This document shows positions 25,445-32,161 of a stretch of 32,161 nucleotides of DNA, one piece after another; position 1 is the first letter of the stretch; each line of letters begins with the position of its first letter. Origin of the DNA: a virus (lineage: Duplodnaviria; Caudoviricetes); IMG/VR virus record IMGVR_UViG_3300047551_001193, positions 1 through 32,161 of that record. One strand, 5' to 3'. The notes beneath the pieces were generated by a model. The model ran no database searches and was not told where the DNA came from. It saw nothing but the letters and a program-made list of their open reading frames with translations. Position numbers and translations under genes: made by a program.

Positions 25445-26659
25445 TTAGAACATGATGGCAGGTGTCTGCTTTGACTTCCAATACGCCAACCCCAACGCGA
25501 TAACCGTATCATCATGAAAGCCACTAGGTGCGTTGTATCGAACGTTTCCGGCTCGTGTCATTTCATATTCATATATCTGCAATTCATTAATCAATACATC
25601 AATCTGCGGAAATGTCAGCAAGCGTTGTTCAATTCCCACCGCCAAATGTTCTATGAGTTGTTGCTTTGACTGACTCGATAAGTGATAACCTTCCACACTG
25701 ACTCCACGCGCCCGAAGCTGTTCCATGACGGGATCTCCTGCACCTGTTGAATCCATTAATACACTGGCGCGATATTTTTCCGCCATTGCTGACACCCTCG
25801 ACAATTGAAGGGAATAATCAATTTGATTAAAACGATCAAAGGCGACAACGTGCCTATTCGAATCCATGCAGACTAGAACAGAAAAGTCTTGATGTTTGGC
25901 GATATCCCAACCAATGTAATACTGTTTACCCTTGACTGGCTCTTGAAATTGACCTGATATACATTCACGAATGTTGCGGAATACTCCGGCGCTATCTTCT
26001 AGGAATTGTGCTTCATACTCTTGCCGGAATACATCAGCAGGAAGTGAACGCCTTACCTCGTCAATCTCGCTTTGTGGAATAAGCGGATTCGTCCACGTTG
26101 GGAAAGAGTAACTTTTATATTCTGTTTGTTCGGGATCGCAACCGCGACTATATAATTCATAGAACCAGTTGCGCCCTTTCGGTGTCCCAACAATCAAGGC
26201 GCGTCCGTTTTTATCTGACAATGTTGGTCGTAAAGCCTGCTCCCATGCTTCACGTTGAATAGTCGCCGCTTCATCTATAACCAAAAAGTTAACACCTTCG
26301 CCGCGCAACGCGTTGAAATTGTCGGCAGACTTAAAAGAAAGCGAGGAACCGTTTATTAGTGATATCCGGCGCTCGCTCTTTATCTCTTGTTCTATTAACC
26401 CTGTTTTCCCTAGCGCGTTTTCTACCATTCGGTAAGCAATCATTGACTGTTGATAAGTTGGACTTACCCACCAATTAACAGACTTTGCAACGTTTAATCC
26501 ATGTTCGATTAATTCATTCGCACACGCCATCGTCTTTCCGAAGCGGCGACCACAACAAGCAATCCGAAAACGCGTCCGCTTATCCCATGTTGTGCGCTCG
26601 TGCATTTCAAGCTGACCGGCGTGCGGCTTATACAGCTTAACGCGCTTTACTCTGTCCAT
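25445..26659 (-). CDS. terL: Terminase large subunit
   Basis: GRRFGKT Walker A, LVIDEAA Walker B, GTPKG, GWD, HDDTVIALGLA. Confidence 0.95.
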   Translation of the reverse strand: MDRVKRVKLYKPHAGQLEMHERTTWDKRTRFRIACCGRRFGKTMACANELIEHGLNVAKSVNWWVSPTYQQSMIAYRMVENALGKTGLIEQEIKSERRISLINGSSLSFKSADNFNALRGEGVNFLVIDEAATIQREAWEQALRPTLSDKNGRALIVGTPKGRNWFYELYSRGCDPEQTEYKSYSFPTWTNPLIPQSEIDEVRRSLPADVFRQEYEAQFLEDSAGVFRNIRECISGQFQEPVKGKQYYIGWDIAKHQDFSVLVCMDSNRHVVAFDRFNQIDYSLQLSRVSAMAEKYRASVLMDSTGAGDPVMEQLRARGVSVEGYHLSSQSKQQLIEHLAVGIEQRLLTFPQIDVLINELQIYEYEMTRAGNVRYNAPSGFHDDTVIALGLAYWKSKQTPAIMF

Positions 26660-27030
26660 TGTGTCTTAATCTCCAAAGGTGCATCTGGATTTCCTGACAA
26701 TGTAATATCTTGCTTCTGGCTCCATCGGTTTTTATGCTTGCGCTCCAATAGCCAAGCGCTCGCTTGCCACGTTCCATCTGTCGCCGCTTTCGCTATGTTT
26801 TGCAGGTGTCGCATTTCGGCTTTTGCTTCTGCTTCGTTTATAGACTGTAAAAACTGTACGTAAATATTGTTTTTTCCTTCTTCTATTGCTTCTTTTCCCT
26901 TATTACACCAGTTATAAAATGTTTTTTCGGCTATTCCTAAATAAGCGCAAACAACCACCGCATAATGCCCTTCGCTAATAAGTCTGTGAGCCTTGTCTAT
27001 TAAGTCTTTGTTTAGCTTTAATTCTGCCAT
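26647..27030 (-). CDS. terS: Terminase small subunit
   Basis: HTH (LGIAEKTFYNW), WQASAWLLER, overlaps terL. Confidence 0.8.
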   Translation of the reverse strand: MAELKLNKDLIDKAHRLISEGHYAVVVCAYLGIAEKTFYNWCNKGKEAIEEGKNNIYVQFLQSINEAEAKAEMRHLQNIAKAATDGTWQASAWLLERKHKNRWSQKQDITLSGNPDAPLEIKTQWTE

Positions 27031-27042
27031 TTTATTCACCGC

Positions 27043-28216
27043 CTATTCAACGCGCTCGGCTTCTTTTCCAGTCATGTTTTCCCAACGCTTAACTATTACA
27101 TCGCAGTATTTTTCATCTAACTCCATCATAAAGCAATTTCTATTTAATTCTTCACAAGCAATTAATGTTGAACCACTACCACCAAATAAATCTAATACTA
27201 TATCATTTTTTTTACTTGAATTATTTATTGCTCGCTTAGGAAGTTCAACAGGTTTTTGAGTTGGATGAAATTCATTTATCAATTCTTTTTTTAGTTCCCA
27301 TACGGTTTTTTCATTTGTAGCACCAAACCATTGTGGAGAACAATTGTTTTTGAAAGCATAAATACAAGGTTCGTAATTTGGAATATATTGCGACATGAAT
27401 GAACCTAATCCCGAATTTACTTTATACCAACACAATACTGCTCTAACAGTTAAACTCAATTTTGAAAATGAATTAAAAGTTTCAACTGCTTTTCCATTTG
27501 CATACCATATATAAAAGGCGGAATGATCGTTTGAATATTTTATTGCGTTATTTAATGAATCTGCAAATAAATCTGTTAAATTTTCTCCTTGTAAATGATC
27601 ATTCTTTATTCCAACTCTTTTTTTTCTCGTTATGACCTCCAGTATAAGTAACGCCATAAGGTGGGTCTGTAAAAATCATATCGGCTTTATTTTTATTCAT
27701 TAATTTTTTTACATCTTCCTCACTTGTCGAATCTCCGCACATTAACCTATGATTCCCCAACTTATAAATCCAGCCGCGTTGCGTGATAGGCTCTTCAATC
27801 TGTTCTAATTCCTTTTCCGCGTCAAAGTCATCATCATTTCCTTTTTCGACTTCATCCGGCAATTCCAAATCTTCAAATCCTGTAAATCCTTCTATGTCAT
27901 CCAGTTCTAAATGTAATAATTCCATATCCCATTCTGCCAACTCGCCTACTCGATTATCAGCTATTCGATATGCTTTGACTTGTGCAGGTGTTAAATCATC
28001 GGCAACGATTACTGGCACCTCTTTTAACCCTAGCTTTTTTGCCGCTTTTAATCGCGTATGACCTGCGACCACTTCGCCCTGTCCATCAATCACAATCGGC
28101 TGTTTGAATCCGTAATTTTTGATACTACTTGCTACTGCATCTACCGCATGATCATTTTTCCTCGCGTTGTTAACATAGGGAATTAACTCGTCAGTCTTCC
28201 GCATTACGATTTCCAT
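27043..28216 (-). pseudogene. ParB-like N-terminus + N4/N6 DNA methyltransferase, split by a frameshift at an A8 tract
   Basis: PYVNNAR, GHTRLKAA, YRIADNR, HRLMCGDS, DPPY in frame 1; HPTQKP, DLFGGSGST in frame 2; T8 at 27618-27625. Confidence 0.85.
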
Positions 28217-28246
28217 TTGCCAACCCTCTTTCGCCTGTAATAGCAC

Positions 28247-28270
28247 AAAAACCAACCGCATCCGGCTGGC
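28247..28270 (-). terminator. Intrinsic terminator at the early/late boundary
   Basis: GCCAGCCG-GATG-CGGTTGGT-TTTT; extended -10-like TGaTAAAAT at 28285-28293 just upstream. Confidence 0.7.
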
Positions 28271-28293
28271 TTATGCTTACTTTTATTTTATCA

Positions 28294-28482
28294 TCAATCA
28301 CGAATATCCAGCACTAGCGTTTGTTGTTCATCCAAATATTCCTCGATATCATACATATTCGAATCAAACAATTTCACCTGTCGTTCTCGCTGTTCGGGAT
28401 CATCATACCAAAAATCCATCTTGTGCCCTGTACTTTTTGACTTAATCCTTACACCGTACATTGTCACCTGTTCCACTTTCAC
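28294..28482 (-). CDS. Hypothetical protein
   Basis: GTGA overlap; SD GAGGAGGT. Confidence 0.7.
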   Translation of the reverse strand: MKVEQVTMYGVRIKSKSTGHKMDFWYDDPEQRERQVKLFDSNMYDIEEYLDEQQTLVLDIRD

Positions 28483-28853
28483 ACCTCCTCAATTGTTACC
28501 TGTACGCCTTCCGTTTTTGCCTGTATCGCTATCGCCATTTCAATCTTCACTACATGATTCCAGTTATCATCCGGCAATATGCCATAACTTACTAAACCAT
28601 CTATAATCATTTTTACCGTTGCGGAATAGTTATCTATATCCCTTTTGCGCCGATCCTTAAAAATAAAAGTAAATTTTAATATACACTTATCCACAGACTG
28701 AATCTTGTTCCAAATACAAGCCAATTCGACCGTATTCGACCAGCCTTTTTTTATTGAGTTTAATTTATAATAATGCTCGTTTCTGTACTGGTTTAAGCTA
28801 TATAAATCATGATATATCATCATTGTTTGCAACTTTTGAACATTATTATTCAT
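28479..28853 (-). CDS. rusA: RusA-like Holliday junction resolvase
   Basis: SLNQY, RRKRDIDNY...K.IIDGLV..GILPDDN. Confidence 0.85.
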   Translation of the reverse strand: MNNNVQKLQTMMIYHDLYSLNQYRNEHYYKLNSIKKGWSNTVELACIWNKIQSVDKCILKFTFIFKDRRKRDIDNYSATVKMIIDGLVSYGILPDDNWNHVVKIEMAIAIQAKTEGVQVTIEEV

Positions 28854-29020
28854 TTTGATGATGTTAAAGATTTTTTGATATTATCGATGCTATGGTTAAA
28901 ATTGATTAACGATATTAACATATCGTCATCTATTTTTTTTATTTCATCTTTCGATATATCTAAATTAAATTGCTTTAATGAATTTCTGTATTCAATTTCC
29001 AAACTTTTTCTATCACTCAT
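28850..29020 (-). CDS. Hypothetical protein, 56 aa, AT-rich (not in ORF track)
   Basis: SD GAAGGTG; MSDRKSLEIEYRNSLKQF...; ATGA overlap with rusA. Confidence 0.6.
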   Translation of the reverse strand: MSDRKSLEIEYRNSLKQFNLDISKDEIKKIDDDMLISLINFNHSIDNIKKSLTSSK

Positions 29021-29037
29021 TCCGCATCACCTTCATA

Positions 29038-29229
29038 TCAAAAATTGACCTTGTATTTATATTTCATGACTTCATTCATTTTCTCATAAAGAAAAGTTAA
29101 TTCCGCTTCATCACATTTAATAAAATCATCTTTTGTTTTGCCACAAAAGGTACTATTTTTTTTGTAAAATGGGCTATCTAAAAATGTTTGTAACGATGCA
29201 ATCATGTGCAATCTGTCATATAATCTCAT
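29038..29229 (-). CDS. Hypothetical protein
   Basis: Overlaps the dUTPase end; AT-rich. Confidence 0.6.
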   Translation of the reverse strand: MRLYDRLHMIASLQTFLDSPFYKKNSTFCGKTKDDFIKCDEAELTFLYEKMNEVMKYKYKVNF

Positions 29230-29698
29230 TTCGCATCACCTGCTTAACCAATCGTTCCAACTCTCCAGCTTGATCCGCTACTATCCCTGTATGACCAAAA
29301 CCGCCGCTTCCGCGCTTGGTTTCTCCAATCTCGTCAACCTCAATTAATACTGGCAGTTCCACTTTGTTGAACACCGCTTGCGCAATTCGTTCACCCGCAC
29401 CAATCGGGAATCCTTCTTTTCCAATGTTTTTGATGATGATCCCAATATTGCCGCGATAATCAGAATCAATCGTGCCCAAAATCTGCAGTATGTCATACTT
29501 TGCCGACAAGCCTGAACGCGGTCTAATCTGCATCTCGTATCCGTCCGGCAACTCCACACTAACGCCTGTTGCCACAACTCGCGTTTCTCCTGCTTTAATC
29601 AAGCAAGTTTCGTTTGAAAACAAGTCATATCCTACCGCACCGTCCGTCATACGTTTCGGCATTTTTGCCCCATCTGCTAGTTTAATTTTGATCTGCAT
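29216..29698 (-). CDS. dut: Trimeric dUTPase
   Basis: AVGYDL, RPRSGL, GTIDSDYRG, RIAQ, RGSGGFGHTG (motifs I-V). Confidence 0.97.
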   Translation of the reverse strand: MQIKIKLADGAKMPKRMTDGAVGYDLFSNETCLIKAGETRVVATGVSVELPDGYEMQIRPRSGLSAKYDILQILGTIDSDYRGNIGIIIKNIGKEGFPIGAGERIAQAVFNKVELPVLIEVDEIGETKRGSGGFGHTGIVADQAGELERLVKQVMRNEII

Positions 29699-30359
29699 TG
29701 TCCAATTCCCCTCTTTTGTGTGTGACTTCTAAACGAACATCCAAGCGTTCGAAATGCTTCACGCCATGCATCTTCCATAACTTCACCGCATTCATATCGG
29801 ATAATTCCTCAATGATTTGCTCGATAACCGGATATGGCATATTTAGGCGGCGCTCTAACTCCTGCGGATTCCTCCACCGCTTTCCGATTGCTTTATAAAC
29901 CTTTTGTTGAATGTCATCAACTTGAATAGCATCTTCGTTGCTCAATTCCGTATGAACACCACTTAACGCGTTCAACGTCCATAAAACCTGCGATTTCGTC
30001 AAGCTTAATCGCCGCGCAATTTCTGATCGTTGCAATCCGGCTACTTGTAACTTTTTAACCTCAAACTTAATCACTTCATCCGGCACGAATGGTTTAATTT
30101 CGGGTATTTCTGTCTTGTTGTCGTATTTATCTAGCAACTTTTGCAAACGTTGATTGACACTGTATTCCGCATTTGGTTTCACTCTGTATGTATTATCGAT
30201 GAAGTCGATCTTATTATCTTCTTTCAAAAATCGCACTGCCGCGCTAATTTGCGCCTGATTTTTATTTCCCAACGCCAACGCAATTTCCGCGCTATTCATC
30301 GGCTTCCGGCGAATAATCTGCACGACTTGCATCTGCAAAAGTGTGACATCTATTTTCAC
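29682..30359 (-). CDS. Multi-HTH putative transcriptional regulator
   Basis: Three HTH-like segments: NSAEIALALG, RSEIARRLSLT, PQELERRLNM. Confidence 0.6.
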   Translation of the reverse strand: MKIDVTLLQMQVVQIIRRKPMNSAEIALALGNKNQAQISAAVRFLKEDNKIDFIDNTYRVKPNAEYSVNQRLQKLLDKYDNKTEIPEIKPFVPDEVIKFEVKKLQVAGLQRSEIARRLSLTKSQVLWTLNALSGVHTELSNEDAIQVDDIQQKVYKAIGKRWRNPQELERRLNMPYPVIEQIIEELSDMNAVKLWKMHGVKHFERLDVRLEVTHKRGELDNADQN

Positions 30360-30496
30360 TCTGCCACCTCCACAGGAACAATCGTGATTCCTAGAAAAAG
30401 ACAGCGTAATTTCTCAATTTTTTTCATCGCTTCCGGCAGGTCTAAAGGTGGAGTAATTGCTCTACTTTTGTAATGGATCACATACTTTGTTATCAT
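30356..30496 (-). CDS. Hypothetical protein, 46 aa (not in ORF track)
   Basis: SD AAAGGGAG; MITKYVIHYKSRAITPPLDL...; GTGA overlap with the next gene. Confidence 0.55.
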   Translation of the reverse strand: MITKYVIHYKSRAITPPLDLPEAMKKIEKLRCLFLGITIVPVEVAE

Positions 30497-30562
30497 GATT
30501 TTATATCAACTCCCTTTACGAAATTTGATATGCCTTTCTCCCAGTGAATCTATCTCTATTTG

Positions 30563-31138
30563 TTATTGATTGATTTTTGTTATTAAATCAGTTACTAACG
30601 AATCCAAAAGAGTGGATTCTTTTTTTTCGCCTACCAATTGCAAAAGACTGTTTCCGCCATCTTTGATTGTACGCGTTTCACGTTCGATCAAACGAGTATA
30701 TGTTTCCACAAAATGTTTTCGATCCGACATTTCGTTATCGACTTCCGCCATGCAAAACTTTCGAAACCCTCCGTTCATCTCAACAACTTTTCGCGTATAA
30801 GGATGAAAAGACTGCATCGCTTCCTCGCTTTTGTTGTAACCATACTTTCCAATTGCACGAATAACAGTATTAAACTGTTCAACTGGATCGGGAAAATCCG
30901 GCATTTGCTTACGCATATATCGCTGGTAAATATCCGCTACTTTTGGTGTATATACCGATTCTTTCATGTGTTCTTTTAATGCTAATTTCGCCGCTTCAAA
31001 AGGAATTTCCTCTAACGATTCATGCCAAATCTCAACAAACATTTTTTGCGTTTCATGATTTTTAGGCAGGAAGTTATCAAATGACGATGCTATCAACGTC
31101 AATAACTTTAGGGTTTCGCTCTTGTCCATCTTCATCAT
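30563..31138 (-). CDS. Replicative helicase loader/inhibitor (G39P-like)
   Basis: MDKSETLKLL..I...W...L...P.VADI; follows the initiator. Confidence 0.75.
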   Translation of the reverse strand: MMKMDKSETLKLLTLIASSFDNFLPKNHETQKMFVEIWHESLEEIPFEAAKLALKEHMKESVYTPKVADIYQRYMRKQMPDFPDPVEQFNTVIRAIGKYGYNKSEEAMQSFHPYTRKVVEMNGGFRKFCMAEVDNEMSDRKHFVETYTRLIERETRTIKDGGNSLLQLVGEKKESTLLDSLVTDLITKINQ

Positions 31139-32000
31139 CCTCTCCGTTCACATATTTCAAAAGACGGTTATAAGTATCGATTACGGATTCCTGTTCCTGC
31201 TTCCCTTTTTTCGTTCGTTGCATCTGCAAAACAATTGTTCCTGCTTTTTCGCGTAGCTTCTTTGCGCTCAATATGTTTGATTTCCAAAAATCATCTGTTT
31301 GACACCATTCAATCATCCTTTCTATTTGCTCAAATTTATAACCATCGTTTTCTAACATTAAGCGAATAGCATCATTCCATTGATTAATGTTCGAAGGTTG
31401 TTTTGCTTGTGGATTATTTTCTTTGATTTTAGAAATTAAAAGATGATTAAGAAAAAGAACGTCGTCGGAAAACACTTTTTCGACATCATTCCTTTTATTT
31501 TCTATTTCCATTTCAATTTCCTTTCCTTTCATATTTTCTTTCCTTTGTAGCGTTTTCCCTATAGTTTTCTCTGTGGAAAACTCGTAGTTATTACCTATTT
31601 TCTCATTAGAAAATTGATTTGCATTTGTTTCTTTCTTCTTCTTCCATTGATTGCGCTGTTTCATCACTTCTTCGTATCGTTTTTGAATACCATTACTTGT
31701 TAAAATTTTCTTTGTTTCATACAATTCACGATTAAACATTTCTAATTCGAACGCAGTTTCAAGCATTTCATAAAACTTTTCAACGGTTATCATTAGCTTT
31801 TTGGCTAGACTTATCACGAAAATATTTTTGCTTAAATCAATTATTGCGCCTTCCGTCCTATATGTTCGCTCTAAAATGATAAAGTAAAAAGCGTACCCAT
31901 CATTGCCATATACGGATCGAAACACTTCCATTTTTTCATCGTTAACCGCGTCTGTGTCGTGTGAAAAATAGTCCAAATGTAGCTTCGTGGGTCTAGCCAA
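31077..32000 (-). CDS. Replication initiator (DUF4373 / Lin1244-like N-terminus)
   Basis: MARP.K..LDYFSHD, YGNDGYAFYF, ILTSNGIQKRY; C-terminal DDFWKSNILSAKKLREK. Confidence 0.85.
   Translation of the reverse strand: MARPTKLHLDYFSHDTDAVNDEKMEVFRSVYGNDGYAFYFIILERTYRTEGAIIDLSKNIFVISLAKKLMITVEKFYEMLETAFELEMFNRELYETKKILTSNGIQKRYEEVMKQRNQWKKKKETNANQFSNEKIGNNYEFSTEKTIGKTLQRKENMKGKEIEMEIENKRNDVEKVFSDDVLFLNHLLISKIKENNPQAKQPSNINQWNDAIRLMLENDGYKFEQIERMIEWCQTDDFWKSNILSAKKLREKAGTIVLQMQRTKKGKQEQESVIDTYNRLLKYVNGEDDEDGQERNPKVIDVDSIVI
31500..31614. other. Putative replication origin inside the initiator gene
   Basis: Palindromes AGTTTTC-N6-GAAAACT (31563-31582) and ATTTTCT-N4-AGAAAAT (31597-31614) beside a pyrimidine/purine-skewed AT tract. 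Confidence 0.5.
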
Positions 32001-32076
32001 TCCTCTGCACCGTCCAATCTATCGCTTTTGATATTCCGCGATGAATAAGCCATAAACCTAAATATAATCCATTCAC
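31993..32076 (-). CDS. Possible 27-aa peptide coupled to the initiator
   Basis: SD AAAGGTGG, GTG start; MNGLYLGLWLIHRGISKAIDWTVQRIG; overlaps the initiator TTG. Confidence 0.35.
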   Translation of the reverse strand: MNGLYLGLWLIHRGISKAIDWTVQRIG

Positions 32077-32161
32077 GAATCAACCCACCTTTCGGATCGT
32101 TCGCTCTCACTCCGTATTTTCTCTCTATATTATAATTTTTATTTGTGTTTCTTCCTCGTTT
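32027..32161. repeat. Terminal direct repeat, right copy
   Basis: Matches 1-135 with one mismatch. Confidence 0.95.

Noticed and set aside
27900-28216. ParB domain as evidence of a plasmid-prophage partition system
   Set aside because: It is the usual N-terminal domain of terminase-adjacent phage methyltransferases; no ParA
1004-30979. Numerous plus-strand ORFs in the track (e.g. 23697..24239, 20468..20932, 22324..22782)
   Set aside because: All are antisense shadows of well-supported minus-strand genes, with no convincing SD or motif
1-32161. Alternative genetic code
   Set aside because: Genes are full-length and tightly packed under code 11, with TAA, TAG and TGA all used as stops

Overview
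The window is very probably a complete, circularly assembled ~32.0 kb siphovirus genome: bases 1-135 recur at 32027-32161 with one mismatch. Strong AGGAGG-type Shine-Dalgarno (SD) sites, sigma-A promoters and an XhlA/amidase/holin lysis cassette suggest a Bacillota host (inference). All credible protein genes lie on the minus strand. In transcription order they are: early genes and an XRE regulator; Sak/SSB/Gp157 recombination genes; DUF4373-type initiator, helicase loader, dUTPase and RusA; a frameshifted ParB-methyltransferase; terS/terL; an HK97-type head; two GT2-type glycosyltransferases; neck and tail; fibres; lysis. I found no integrase, tRNA or CRISPR array. The best candidate for an undescribed system is in the head operon: two glycosyltransferases follow a Ser/Thr-rich decoration gene and sit behind a three-way-junction RNA whose loop is complementary to the first GT ribosome-binding site. 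Other notable points are a portal-X-MuF fusion with an A10 tract at the domain boundary, a capsid gene with two in-frame starts, an A8-split methyltransferase, a shared C-terminal LxP motif on three tail proteins, a lone antisense promoter-terminator unit, and strong k-mer biases. Family assignments come from motifs recognised by eye, not from database searches.
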